A stretch of 64,000 bases of DNA from Spirochaetia bacterium (lineage in GTDB: Bacteria > Spirochaetota > Spirochaetia > SZUA-6 > Bin103), in assembly GCA_965203055.1 (NCBI GenBank), contig OZ241863.1, forward strand, positions 1,504,001-1,568,000, read 5' to 3'. Under the pieces are notes generated by a model. That model did no database searches, had not been told where the DNA came from, and worked only from the letters and a program-made list of their open reading frames with translations. Made by a program: the position numbers and the translations under genes. How positions within the stretch are numbered: the stretch's first letter is position 1; each line of letters begins with the position of its first letter. Below are positions 28,470-38,223 of this stretch, one piece after another.

Positions 28470-29756
28470 GTGAGTAGAGCATCGTTGTTGTCGCTGTTGC
28501 TGGCGGCCGGCATCGCCGCGCTGATGGCGTGCGAGCCGGCGGCGCGGCCGCCCGCCATGACCGCCGCCCCGGCAAAAGGGGAGGGGGGGACTCCGAGTGA
28601 GCCGACGCCCACTCAGCCGGCCGAGAAGAGGGAGAAGGGCTGGACGATCGGCGCGGCCGACTTTGGTAATGATGAACTGAACTTGGTGGGCGACGTGTCC
28701 AACCGTTCCGCGCCGTATGAGTGGGAGCCGATCACCGCCGGCGCCAAAGTGAGCGTTTCGATCGACGGACACAAGCTGCCGTTCACGAGCAAGAGCGCCA
28801 AGCCGGTCTTCGCGTCCGACATCTCCGGCGCGGAGTGGACGGTTGCCGCGGAGGTTCGGGCGGGCGCAGTGACGCTGGTGCTCACCGCTCCGGATCAGAC
28901 CGAAAACCTGGGCTTCGTGGAGTCGGTGAGGCTCACGAACGGGGGGAGCGGCTACACCTCGGTTCCCACCGTGACGTTTGACGCGCCGCCGTCCGGCGGC
29001 ACCGCGGCAACCGGCGCCGCGGTGGGGCCCGGCGGCGTCTTGCGCGTGCAGCTTGCGGTGGACGGCGTGACCGGGCGCGTCGGCGGTTATTACAACTCCG
29101 GGTGTTGTCCAACCGTGACGTTCGGGGCGGCGCCGTCCGGCGGCACCACGGCGACCGGAACAACGACGATGCGAACCGAAGTAGGGAGACTATTCTTTGA
29201 TAACCTGGGGAGCGGCTACACCTCTCCCCCAACCGTGACGATCGACCCTCCGCCGGCCGGCTCAGGCGGCACCCAGGCAACCGCAACGATCGTCGGGATA
29301 GTGGCGGGGGCGATTAGCACCTATGCGATGGGGAACCGGGGGAGCGGCTACAGCCTCACGTCTCCCCCTGCCGTTACGTTTTCGGGAGGAGGGGGCAGCG
29401 GTGCGGCCGCCAGACCCGACATGGTGCAAAGAAGCGTAAACCGAGTGACGATCACGAACCCCGGGAGCGGCTACACGTCCGCCCCGACCGTGACCTTTCA
29501 GACCTCGACGGGCGGTGGTACTCCCCGTACGGCAACCGGCAGCGCGGTGCTGCAAACCGAGGTCACGTCGGTGACGGTCACGAACCGGGGGAGCGGTTAC
29601 CTGTCACCGCCCGCCGTTACGATTACGGGCGGAGGGGGCAGCGGCGCGACCGCCGCGGCAATGCTGGCGGAGGAGGGCAACGACCAATACCACAACCTGT
29701 TTTGGGCACGCCAGACGCTGGAAGGCAAGCGGCTTCTGGTGAAGCTGGCGGACTAG
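28470..29756 (+). CDS. Surface lipoprotein with six GSGYT..PTVT repeats (paralog 1)
   Basis: GGAGG RBS and GTG start, LMAC lipobox, six ~36-45 aa Thr/Gly-rich repeats; C-terminal part of ORF 25173..29756. Confidence 0.85.
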   Translation: MSRASLLSLLLAAGIAALMACEPAARPPAMTAAPAKGEGGTPSEPTPTQPAEKREKGWTIGAADFGNDELNLVGDVSNRSAPYEWEPITAGAKVSVSIDGHKLPFTSKSAKPVFASDISGAEWTVAAEVRAGAVTLVLTAPDQTENLGFVESVRLTNGGSGYTSVPTVTFDAPPSGGTAATGAAVGPGGVLRVQLAVDGVTGRVGGYYNSGCCPTVTFGAAPSGGTTATGTTTMRTEVGRLFFDNLGSGYTSPPTVTIDPPPAGSGGTQATATIVGIVAGAISTYAMGNRGSGYSLTSPPAVTFSGGGGSGAAARPDMVQRSVNRVTITNPGSGYTSAPTVTFQTSTGGGTPRTATGSAVLQTEVTSVTVTNRGSGYLSPPAVTITGGGGSGATAAAMLAEEGNDQYHNLFWARQTLEGKRLLVKLAD

Positions 29757-29901
29757 GACTGCGGGAGCGGTGCTGCCGCGGCGCCGCCAGCAAGTCGTTG
29801 CTTCGCGCCCTCCACGGAAATACCGGATAAATCACATGTCTACAGCCGGTTGATTGGGTCTTGGGAGCGCATGCTACACTGCCGCTGCCAGGAGGGGACC
29901 T

Positions 29902-31155
29902 GTGAGTAGAGCATCGTTGTTGTCGCTGTTGCTGGCCGCCGGCATCGCCGCGCTGATGGCGTGCGAGCCGGCGGCCCCCGCCATGACCGCCGCCCCGGCA
30001 AAAGGGGGAGAGGGGACTCCGAGTGAGCCGACGCCCACTCAGCCGGCAGAGAAGAGGGAGAAGGGCTGGACGATCGGCGCGGCGGACTTTGGTAATGATG
30101 AACTGAACCTGGTGGGCGACGTGTCCAACCGTTCCGCGCCGTATGAGTGGGAGCCGATCACCGCCGGCGCCGAAGTGAGCGTTTCGATCGACGGACACAA
30201 TCTGCCGTTCACGAGCAAGAGTGCGGAGCCGGTCTTCGCGTCCGACATCTCCGGCGCGGAGTGGTCGGTTGCCGCCGAGGTTCGGGCGGGCGCGGTGACG
30301 CTGGTGCTCACCGCTCCGGATCAGACCGAAAACCTGGGCTTCGTGGAGTCGGTGAGGCTCACCAACCCGGGGAGCGGCTACACTTCGGTTCCCACCGTGA
30401 CGTTCGAGGCGGCGCCGTCCGGCGGCACCGCGGCAACCGGCGCCGCGGTGGGGCCTGGCGGCGTGGCGTCAGTGACGATGGGGGCCCTCGGTTATTACTA
30501 CTCCGGGTGTTGTCCCACCGTGACGTTCGCGGCGCCGACCAGCGGCACCACGGCGACCGGAACGACGACGATGCGAACCGAAGTAACGAGAATAATCATC
30601 ACGAACACGGGGAGCGGTTACACCTCTGCCCCAACCGTGACGATCGACCCTCCGCCGGCCGGCTCGGGCGGCACCCAGGCAACCGTAACGGTCGCGATAC
30701 AGAGCGGGTCACTTTATTCCTATACGATGGGGAACCGGGGGAGCGGCTACAGCCTGACGTCTCCCCCTGCCGTTACGTTTTCGGGCGGAGGGGGCAGCGG
30801 TGCAGCCGCCAACCCCGACGTGGCGCAAAGAAGAGTAACCGGAGTGACGATCACGAACCCCGGGAGCGGCTACACGTCCGCCCCGACCGTGACCTTCATG
30901 ACCTCGACGGGCGGTGGTTCCCCCCAGACGGCAACCGGCAGCGCGGCGCTGCGAACCGAGGTCACGTCGGTGACGGTCACGAACCGGGGGAGCGGTTACC
31001 TGTCACCGCCCGAGGTTACGATTACGGGCGGAGGGGGCAGCGGCGCGACCGCCACGGCAACACTGGCGGAGGGCGGCAACGATCAATACCACAACCTGTT
31101 CTGGGCGCGCCAGACGCTGGCGGGCAAGCGGCTTCTGGTGCAGGTGGCGGACTAG
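29902..31155 (+). CDS. Surface lipoprotein with six GSGYT..PTVT repeats (paralog 2)
   Basis: Same RBS, start and lipobox as paralog 1; near-identical termini, divergent central repeats. Confidence 0.85.
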   Translation: MSRASLLSLLLAAGIAALMACEPAAPAMTAAPAKGGEGTPSEPTPTQPAEKREKGWTIGAADFGNDELNLVGDVSNRSAPYEWEPITAGAEVSVSIDGHNLPFTSKSAEPVFASDISGAEWSVAAEVRAGAVTLVLTAPDQTENLGFVESVRLTNPGSGYTSVPTVTFEAAPSGGTAATGAAVGPGGVASVTMGALGYYYSGCCPTVTFAAPTSGTTATGTTTMRTEVTRIIITNTGSGYTSAPTVTIDPPPAGSGGTQATVTVAIQSGSLYSYTMGNRGSGYSLTSPPAVTFSGGGGSGAAANPDVAQRRVTGVTITNPGSGYTSAPTVTFMTSTGGGSPQTATGSAALRTEVTSVTVTNRGSGYLSPPEVTITGGGGSGATATATLAEGGNDQYHNLFWARQTLAGKRLLVQVAD

Positions 31156-31216
31156 GATGGCGGGAGCGGGTGCTGCCGCGGCGCCGCCCGGCAGGTCGTT
31201 GCTTCGCGCCTCTGCG

Positions 31217-31471
31217 TCAGCGAGCGCCGACGTGGGCCGCGCGGTCGAGCAGCGCGCGGACGCGAAGGTGCGTCTCGAGATCAGCGCGGCGGGTCGCGTC
31301 GTTCGGCCAGTCCGGTCGAGTCGCGCGCGCCGCTTCGGACAGATCGATGGCGATCCGTACCTTGTCCGCTACCGGCAGGTTCACCCGGCGCCGGCGTGAA
31401 AGGCGCTCCGGCGCATCCCAATCGCGCCGCGCGTAGGCGCGGAGTTCCGCAGGATCGAGGCGCGGCGCCAT
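31217..31471 (-). CDS. Small hypothetical protein, probable partner of a nucleotidyltransferase
   Basis: Ends HVGAR*, the DNA that overlaps the nucleotidyltransferase start at 32407; GGGAG upstream. Confidence 0.6.
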   Translation of the reverse strand: MAPRLDPAELRAYARRDWDAPERLSRRRRVNLPVADKVRIAIDLSEAARATRPDWPNDATRRADLETHLRVRALLDRAAHVGAR

Positions 31472-31489
31472 CGGAGGCCACTCTCCCCC

Positions 31490-31789
31490 TTAAGCGGTCG
31501 TTGCTTCGCGCCTGAGTGTCGGCAGGGAATCCAGATCGTCGCCCACTCGCTCCTCCGCGCGCCGCAACTCGTAGAGCTTCTGCAGATTCATCCAGAACTC
31601 CGCACTGGTGCCGAAAAAGTGCGCCAACCGGAGTGCCGTGTCCCCCGTGATCGCACGTCGTCCGTTGAGAATCTCGGTGATTCGGTTCGCAGGCACCTTG
31701 AGTTGCCGCGCGAGCTCGGCCGCGCTCATGTCAAGTACCTTCAACTCCTCGGCGATATGTTCGCCCGGATGGATTGCGGGTACTCCCAT
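31490..31789 (-). CDS. higA: HigA-family antitoxin (HTH), orphan
   Basis: AIHPGE, RITEILNGRRAITGDTALRL..FFGTSAEFWMNLQ; GGAGGA RBS. Confidence 0.9.
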   Translation of the reverse strand: MGVPAIHPGEHIAEELKVLDMSAAELARQLKVPANRITEILNGRRAITGDTALRLAHFFGTSAEFWMNLQKLYELRRAEERVGDDLDSLPTLRREATTA

Positions 31790-31828
31790 ATTCTTCCTCC
31801 TCGGGATTAGTGGTACCGCGGGCGGTGT

Positions 31829-32407
31829 CTACCCCGCGCCGGGCGTGACGTCGGCGATGGCCGCATCCAGTCTCGGAACCAGATCCGATTGTCCAAGCGC
31901 TTCCTCCAGTTGGCAGAGGAGGTCGCGCGCCTCGGTCCGGTCCACTTCGCCGCCGGCCAGCAGCGAACGCAGATCGTCCAGGTCCTTGCCGCGGCCGGCG
32001 AGCGCCTTCATCACCACCAGGTCGGTGGCGTGGGCGATGGGTACCTCGACGCCATCGATAGCCGTGCGCGTAGCGCGGCCCAGTGCGATCGCTTCGAATC
32101 CCGATCCTGCGATTACCAGATCGACCTCCATTCCCGAGGCATGGGTCAGAGGAATGACCGCGCCGCGTGCACGGAGCTCATCCGCAATGTCGGGGAAGCG
32201 GTGGCGCAGTCCCGCGGCCGCAAGGGCGTCGATCAACCCCTGCAGACCGGCGCTCCCACCCTCCACCTGCACCGTGATGTCGAGGTCCTGCGTAGCGCGG
32301 GGAGCGCCGCGCACCGCAACCGCGTGCGCACCAAAGACGAACCAGCGGAGGCCGTGACCGTCGAGCACCCGGGCGACCGCGGCGAGTGCGTCAGCGAGCG
32401 CCGACAT
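31829..32407 (-). CDS. Nucleotidyltransferase-superfamily protein
   Basis: FGAHAV...G.PRATQDLDI, EVDL, DLVVMKALAGR.KD..D. Confidence 0.8.
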   Translation of the reverse strand: MSALADALAAVARVLDGHGLRWFVFGAHAVAVRGAPRATQDLDITVQVEGGSAGLQGLIDALAAAGLRHRFPDIADELRARGAVIPLTHASGMEVDLVIAGSGFEAIALGRATRTAIDGVEVPIAHATDLVVMKALAGRGKDLDDLRSLLAGGEVDRTEARDLLCQLEEALGQSDLVPRLDAAIADVTPGAG

Positions 32408-32461
32408 TCAGAGCTTCGGCCATCGTGTGACGACCCGTGTCGCCTTGCGTTATGACGCCGC

Positions 32462-34261
32462 CTACCACGCCCATACGGCGACGGCAGTGCACGCGAGCTC
32501 CGTCGACCGCTGTTCGATGGCCGCAAAGTTCCACGGCCCGGCGCGATCGGCGATGTCGAGCGCCAGCCGGCTCGGAGATTCGCGCAGCAAGCGCTGTTTT
32601 TCGGAAAACGGACGGCGCCCCATTTCCGAATTGCGTTCGCGTTTGCGCAGGCACAGATTGCCGATCGAATTGACGACCCTCGAATAGTCGTCGCGGTGCG
32701 CGTCGTCTCCCATTTCGCGCTGCCAGTCGCCGCTGCTGCCGATGTCTTGCGGCGCGACGTGCTCCACGGTGTCGAGGGTGGAGTAGTCCGGCAACTCACC
32801 ACCTCGCGCGGTCGCCAGATGGCGGTCCAGTTCTTCGAGAACGAGGCGGGTGAATCCGATCTCGCGCGGCCGGTAGACCGGAGACTTCACGAGGGCGTCT
32901 CTGAACTCGTCGTCCCCGACCCATAGCCCCTCCTGCTTGATGACGTCACGCAGGGTTGCCGCCAAGTCCGTATCATCCCGTTCCTCGATCCGGTCCAGCA
33001 GGGATGGAAAGAACGAATCGTATCTCGTTACCGGCAGTTCGGCGACCTTGCGGCGGACCAGCAGCACGTACACCGTGCGGACCAGGCTCGCCGCTTCCTC
33101 GGTGGAGAGTGCGCCGGCGCGCTGCGTCTTCAGAACCGCCAGCAGAAAGGGCCGGCAGGACGACATGTTGGTTTCGCCGATCTTCTTCAGCACGGCATCC
33201 AAGGCGGCGGCGCCGTTTCTCGATTCGCCGAGTATTCTGCGGTACAGTGGCGCCGAGTCGGCGATTTCGTTCAGATGCCGGCGGGCGGCGCCGGCATCGA
33301 GCTGCTTGTTGTGCTGCTTGAAGAACACGTAGAGCCGGCGCCCCTTGCCGATGATCCTGCTGTGACCGATGGAGAACAGATGCCGCAGGTACTCTTCGAA
33401 GTCGAAGGAATCCGCCAGCGGCGACGAGCGGTCGATCCGCTGCACGTTGACCCAGTGCGAGCGGTGCAGCGACTCGTAATCGTCCTGGTTCGCAATGAGA
33501 GGCCGGAACAGGTAGTTGCACATCAATTCGGCCGCCGTGAGCGGTATTCCCTTGTCGTTCAGGCTCTCGAAGATCGCCTGCGGATCGTCCCGCCTGCCGA
33601 GTGGTATCCAGACGACTTTGAGGCACTCGGTCAAGGCTCTGATCCAGCGCCAGATGCCCTCGTCTCCCATATCGCCAAAGTGGCGTCCCATCCAACGCTC
33701 GAACTTATTGGATATGTTGCCGTTCGGCAGATAGAGGTACAGGTCTTCCTGCAGGGTCGGCGCCTCGGGGTTCCGGTTTCCGAATACGGAATAATAGGTG
33801 GCCAATCGGTCGCCCTTGACGCTGAACAGCTTGATCCGCCAGTAGTCATCGCGCGCCTGCCGCTCGTCCGTCCGATTGATCAGCCATTGTCCTGTCGCAT
33901 CGTAGTGCGCGCGCGCCTTCGGCGCCTTGGACAGCAGCGTTTCCAGTCGGCGCCGGAAGTAGGCGAGCATGAGATACACCGTCGTGAATCGTTGCTGGCC
34001 GTCGATGATGTCGAAGATCTTGAAGCGAGGATCCCCGGACTGCTCCGCCACCACGACCGGCCCGAAGAAATGTTCCTGCTCGGCGAGGTCGCCGTTCTGC
34101 GCGGGGTCGAGCACCTGTTCCTCGAGGTCCTGTTTGAGCTGATTCCAGTTCCTGGAGCCCCACACGTAGCCGCGCTGGAAGAACGGGATCACGTAGCGCA
34201 TCTCGCCCGAGAATATGTCGGCGAAATTGCGACTGATGATCTCTCCGTTGCTCTTGGGCAT
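32462..34261 (-). CDS. DUF262 + DUF1524 (HNH) protein, GmrSD-like restriction endonuclease
   Basis: IPFFQRGYVW, IIDGQQRFTT, IFESLNDKG; TVEHVAPQ...SIGNLCL...N; lower GC than the flanks. Confidence 0.88.
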   Translation of the reverse strand: MPKSNGEIISRNFADIFSGEMRYVIPFFQRGYVWGSRNWNQLKQDLEEQVLDPAQNGDLAEQEHFFGPVVVAEQSGDPRFKIFDIIDGQQRFTTVYLMLAYFRRRLETLLSKAPKARAHYDATGQWLINRTDERQARDDYWRIKLFSVKGDRLATYYSVFGNRNPEAPTLQEDLYLYLPNGNISNKFERWMGRHFGDMGDEGIWRWIRALTECLKVVWIPLGRRDDPQAIFESLNDKGIPLTAAELMCNYLFRPLIANQDDYESLHRSHWVNVQRIDRSSPLADSFDFEEYLRHLFSIGHSRIIGKGRRLYVFFKQHNKQLDAGAARRHLNEIADSAPLYRRILGESRNGAAALDAVLKKIGETNMSSCRPFLLAVLKTQRAGALSTEEAASLVRTVYVLLVRRKVAELPVTRYDSFFPSLLDRIEERDDTDLAATLRDVIKQEGLWVGDDEFRDALVKSPVYRPREIGFTRLVLEELDRHLATARGGELPDYSTLDTVEHVAPQDIGSSGDWQREMGDDAHRDDYSRVVNSIGNLCLRKRERNSEMGRRPFSEKQRLLRESPSRLALDIADRAGPWNFAAIEQRSTELACTAVAVWAW

Positions 34262-34335
34262 CGCTCTCCTCGATAGTCAATCTACGCCGCGTCAGACACG
34301 TTCCGATGCTTTTTTTCGCCGGCCTCGAGACGGCG

Positions 34336-34387
34336 GCCGAAAAGGTGACGGACGGGGACCGAGGTGTAACCGTTCCCCTTTTTCGGC
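34336..34387. repeat. Imperfect palindrome (terminator or REP-like)
   Basis: GCCGAAAAGG..ACGG / CCGT..CCTTTTTCGGC at the desaturase stop. Confidence 0.5.
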
Positions 34388-35433
34388 TACTCGGCCGGCG
34401 CCGCGTCTACGGCAGTCGGAGCTCCGCGCTTGCCGAGCTTGCGCTTGCGTTCGCGCATCGTCCGGTGCGCCTCGGGCGAACCGTCGTGGAAGCTGCCGAA
34501 CCACTTGTCCAGGGGCACCCCTTCGTTGCCGTAGTTGCAGTCGAAGTAGCGGTGATGCAGGTAGTGGAAGTAGCCGCCGTTGCTCATCGCGTGCTTTTCT
34601 CCGAGCTCGAACTTGTAGAACCCGGCGTGCCCGGCCGCCGGACTGAGGCCGGTGTGCACCAGATGGAACACGGCGTGCAGCGGGTGCGAGGGGATGATCC
34701 AGTGCAGCAGCACCCCGGAGAAGTAGAGCAGGTGCTCGATAGGATGCATCGACAGCCCCGACCACGGCCCGATGTTCACGTTCTTGTGGTGCAGGTAATG
34801 GGCGGCCTTGTAGAGCGGCTTCCAGTGGGTGAGGCGATGGGTCCAGTAGAAGTGCGCCTGGCGCAGCAGCAGGATGAACACCAGCATGAGCACGCAATAG
34901 ACCGGACTCTCGGCCCAGTCCACGTAGGGGATGATGCGGTTGGAATAGGCCCACAGCGTTACCGCCTCGTAGGCGGTCCAGATGGTCACTCCGCTGGCGA
35001 AGTTCCAGAAGATGTTGTCGCGCGTCTGATTCCCGAACAGGAATGCCCGGCTGTTGGCCATCAACCAGCGCGGGTTGTACTTGTAGCGCTCGCCCTGGGC
35101 GCGTTGGACGTAGAGCCGCAGGTGCAGGCCGCCGGCGATTACCAGCAGCAGCGCGGCGTTGCGCAGATAGATCTCGGCGATCCAGCCCACCGCGAAGGTG
35201 CCGGTGCGCGACAGGTCCGGCGTCAGGAACAGCCAGGCGACGACGGCGATTCCGATGTAGATGGCGTTCTTCGGCCACAGCAGCCCGTCATGTCCAAACA
35301 GCATCTTCAGGACGGGACGCAGCTTGAGCGGCCAGGTAAAGAGCGGCGACGGCTTGGGCAGCGACTCCGGCTGCCACTCGCCGCGTGCTGCCGGGCTGCG
35401 CCCGGCCTGCCCGGTAAGGTCGGCTTCGGCCAT
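34387..35433 (-). CDS. Sterol desaturase / fatty-acid hydroxylase family protein
   Basis: His boxes HFYWTHRLTH, HYLHH, HPIEH, HYLHHRYFDCNYG. Confidence 0.9.
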   Translation of the reverse strand: MAEADLTGQAGRSPAARGEWQPESLPKPSPLFTWPLKLRPVLKMLFGHDGLLWPKNAIYIGIAVVAWLFLTPDLSRTGTFAVGWIAEIYLRNAALLLVIAGGLHLRLYVQRAQGERYKYNPRWLMANSRAFLFGNQTRDNIFWNFASGVTIWTAYEAVTLWAYSNRIIPYVDWAESPVYCVLMLVFILLLRQAHFYWTHRLTHWKPLYKAAHYLHHKNVNIGPWSGLSMHPIEHLLYFSGVLLHWIIPSHPLHAVFHLVHTGLSPAAGHAGFYKFELGEKHAMSNGGYFHYLHHRYFDCNYGNEGVPLDKWFGSFHDGSPEAHRTMRERKRKLGKRGAPTAVDAAPAE

Positions 35434-35535
35434 GTTCAAAGATCCTCCCGCGTTCGGTAGGGGATTGCGGTTCGCAGCCTATCAAAGATGCTCCTGCGTG
35501 ACAACAGACCGGGCAGCGGGTAGATTGTTGCCGGC

Positions 35536-36144
35536 ATGGCCGCGCTCACCGAATCGCCGCCGGCCTCCGGCCGGCGCTGCAGCCGCAGGCTGTTCAGCAG
35601 ACGGGAGTACCACGCCATGGGACGCACCGGCATCCTGAAGCCGGCCGAACGCGTCGAGCTGCTGGTAGGCGAGGTTATCGTCATGTCGCCCATAGGACAT
35701 CGCCACGCCGCGTGCGTCGACCGCCTGAACAGCGCGTTCGCCGCACGGTCGGCTCGTCTGGCCGGGCGCGCGCTGGTGCGGGTTCAGAGTCCCCTGGCGG
35801 AGTCTGAAATCTCGGAGCCGCAGCCCGACCTGATGCTCCTGGCCCACCGCGATGACCGCTACGATTTCGGCCATCCCCAGCCGCAGGACGTGCTTCTGCT
35901 GGTGGAAGCCGCCGAGTCGTCCATCAATTACGATCGTCATACCAAGCTGCCGTTCTACCCGGCGGCCGGGATCCGCGAGGTGTGGATCGTCAACCTGCAG
36001 GCTGACCGGATCGAGTCATACACCGAGCCGGAAGCCGGCGGTTACCGCGTCACGCGGCGTTACGGACTCGGCGACCGGCTGGCGCCCGCCGCGCTCCCGG
36101 ACCTGCAGCTCGCCGTAGCGCAGATCATTCCCGCCCGCGCGTAG
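35536..36144 (+). CDS. Uma2-family endonuclease-like protein
   Basis: RVELLVGEVIVMSPIG..H, SEPQPD, D...KL..Y..AGIREVWIVNL. Confidence 0.88.
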   Translation: MAALTESPPASGRRCSRRLFSRREYHAMGRTGILKPAERVELLVGEVIVMSPIGHRHAACVDRLNSAFAARSARLAGRALVRVQSPLAESEISEPQPDLMLLAHRDDRYDFGHPQPQDVLLLVEAAESSINYDRHTKLPFYPAAGIREVWIVNLQADRIESYTEPEAGGYRVTRRYGLGDRLAPAALPDLQLAVAQIIPARA

Positions 36145-36174
36145 CCGGGCGGCCGGCCGGACGGCCGGCGGCGG

Positions 36175-37143
36175 TCACCGGGGCGGCGCGGTGAGCTCCC
36201 GCAGCCGGCGCAACGCCGCTTCGCCGTCCGCCATGGCATTCAGGAGCTTGGCCAGCGCGGCGATTTCTTGCGGACTGGTCCACGCCCGCAGCGCGCCGGC
36301 CAGCTCGGACGGTTCCCAACCGGTTGCCGCCTGCCGGCGCGCTTCCTCCAGCACTTCCTGGGCCAGCGCGGCGTCCACCGCGCTGACGGCGGCGGCGAAA
36401 CCGACCAGTTCGGCGTCCTCGCCCTCGGTGCCGGCGCGGTGTCTGGTGACGTGCGCCACCACCGCCGCCACCACCGCCAACTTGTACGGCGGCGGCTCCC
36501 CGCCGCCGGCCGCGCGGACGCGCTCGATCAGGGCAGGGGAGGGCGCTTCCGCGCGCGCCGCCGCGCGCGCGGAAGCGCACGCCTCGGCGCCGAGCTCACC
36601 AAGGCGGATGCCGGCATCGGCCGGCGCCGCCGCGGAGGGGAGCGCGCCGCCGGCCGCGGGGCGTTCCTCGGGACCGGCCGCCGCTGCCGCCGCCCCGGCC
36701 GCTCCGCGCTGCGATTCGCGCCAACCGAGCCGGGTCCGCGCCTGGTTGAACAGGTGGGTCTCCGCCGGACTCGGCTCCCCGTCGCAGGCCAGCAGGTCAT
36801 GCAGGCGCTGCAGCGCGAACTGCAGCCGCGCCCGGCGGCGGGTGAATTCGCTCAACTGCGCCAACAGCTCCGTCCAGTGGCCGCGCGGCGCCGGCTCGGT
36901 CAGGTAGCGCTGCACGCGGCGCAGCTCGCGCGTGGTGAGGCGCGGGGACAACTCGTTGAGCAGGCGCTTGACGACGTTGACCTCGGTCTGGTTGATCGGC
37001 CCGTCGATCCACGCCGCGGCCGCCAACACCTTGGCCAAGGCGAGGTAGAACGACTGGCGGTAGTCGGGCCGCTGGCGCCGGTTGCCGCCTCCTCCCAGGA
37101 GGTCGGAGAGCGCCGAACCGAACAGCGACGGGTTGGGCAGCAC
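36175..37143 (-). CDS. TerB-like domain protein (start uncertain)
   Basis: LAKVLAAAAWIDG.IN.TEV and LLACDGEPSPAE resemble TerB; C-terminal part of ORF 36175..38154. Confidence 0.6.
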   Translation of the reverse strand: MLPNPSLFGSALSDLLGGGGNRRQRPDYRQSFYLALAKVLAAAAWIDGPINQTEVNVVKRLLNELSPRLTTRELRRVQRYLTEPAPRGHWTELLAQLSEFTRRRARLQFALQRLHDLLACDGEPSPAETHLFNQARTRLGWRESQRGAAGAAAAAAGPEERPAAGGALPSAAAPADAGIRLGELGAEACASARAAARAEAPSPALIERVRAAGGGEPPPYKLAVVAAVVAHVTRHRAGTEGEDAELVGFAAAVSAVDAALAQEVLEEARRQAATGWEPSELAGALRAWTSPQEIAALAKLLNAMADGEAALRRLRELTAPPR

Positions 37144-37233
37144 GCCGGCCAAGTGTACCCCGGAACGGGCCGGAAGGGGCCGGAACGGACCGCGCCCGTA
37201 GCCGGCCCGCGCCGGGACGCGATAGGGTACGGC

Positions 37234-38223
37234 GTGGCTGATTCGACGACCGCCCGTCCCGCGGTCCTGATTACCGAGCCGATCGGCGCCGCCGGTCTGA
37301 GTATCCTGGAACGCTCCTGCAACTGCATCGCCCCCTGGCGCGGCGGCGCGCCGGCCGACCCGCGCCGCCTGCGCGCGCAGCTCGCCGCGGTGGACGCCGT
37401 CGTCGTACGGCTGTTCGAGGTGCGGGACGCGGACCTCGCCGCGGCGCCCCGCCTCAAGGTGGTAGCCAAGCATGGCGCCGGCCTCGACAACATCGACTGC
37501 GCGGCGGCGGCGCGGCGCGGCGTGCCGGTCATCTACACCCCGGGGGCCAATTCCAACGCCGTCGCCGAGCACGCGCTTGGCCTGCTGCTCGCCCTGGCGC
37601 GCAACACCGGCCGCGCCGACGCCGCGCTGCGCGACGCCCGGCCCTATCAGCGGGAGCAGTTCGCCGGTATCGAGCTGGCCGGCAAGACCCTGGGCGTGGT
37701 CGGCCTGGGGCGCATCGGCGCGCGGGTGGCGCGCAAGGCCCGCGGCCTGGAGCTGCGCGTGCTCGCCTACGACCCCTACGTCGACCGCGCCGCGTATCCG
37801 GGGCCGGCGCGCTTCGTCGATACCTTCGAGCAACTGCTCACCGGCGCCGACTTCGTGACCCTGCACGTCCCGCTTACCGGCGAAACGCGCGGCATGATCG
37901 ATGCCGGCGCGCTGGCGCGGCTCAAACCGGGCGCCCGCCTGGTCAACACCTCGCGCGGCGAAGTGATCGACGAGACCGCGCTGGCCGGCGCCCTGCGCGC
38001 CGGCACTCTGGCCGGAGCGGCGCTCGACGTGTTCGCCGAGGAACCCCTGGCGGCCGATCACCCGCTCACCCGGACGCCCAATACGCTGCTTACTCCCCAC
38101 TTGAGCGGCCTTACCGGCGAGGCGATGGCCGCGGTCTCGGAACAGGTTGCGCACGGCGTCATCGACGCGCTGCAGGGGCGGGTACCGCGCGAGCTGCTGG
38201 CGCCGCCGGCGCCGGGCGAGTGA
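37234..38223 (+). CDS. D-2-hydroxyacid dehydrogenase (SerA-like)
   Basis: KHGAGLDNID, GVVGLGRIG, VNTSRGEV, LDVFAEEP, LTPH. Confidence 0.9.
   Translation: MADSTTARPAVLITEPIGAAGLSILERSCNCIAPWRGGAPADPRRLRAQLAAVDAVVVRLFEVRDADLAAAPRLKVVAKHGAGLDNIDCAAAARRGVPVIYTPGANSNAVAEHALGLLLALARNTGRADAALRDARPYQREQFAGIELAGKTLGVVGLGRIGARVARKARGLELRVLAYDPYVDRAAYPGPARFVDTFEQLLTGADFVTLHVPLTGETRGMIDAGALARLKPGARLVNTSRGEVIDETALAGALRAGTLAGAALDVFAEEPLAADHPLTRTPNTLLTPHLSGLTGEAMAAVSEQVAHGVIDALQGRVPRELLAPPAPGE

Larger units (their letters stand above)
28421..31210 (+). repeat. Tandem duplication of a ~1.4-kb lipoprotein gene unit
   Basis: 28421-29809 vs 29852-31210 share upstream (GATTG(G)GTCTTGGGAGCGC..GCTAC), coding and downstream (GGTGCTGCCGCGGCGCCGCC...GTCGTTGCTTCGCGCC) sequence. 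Confidence 0.9.

Noticed and set aside
28470..31155. Diversity-generating retroelement (TR/VR pair)
   Set aside because: Differences include indels and all bases rather than adenine-specific changes, both copies are full genes, and no reverse transcriptase is in the window
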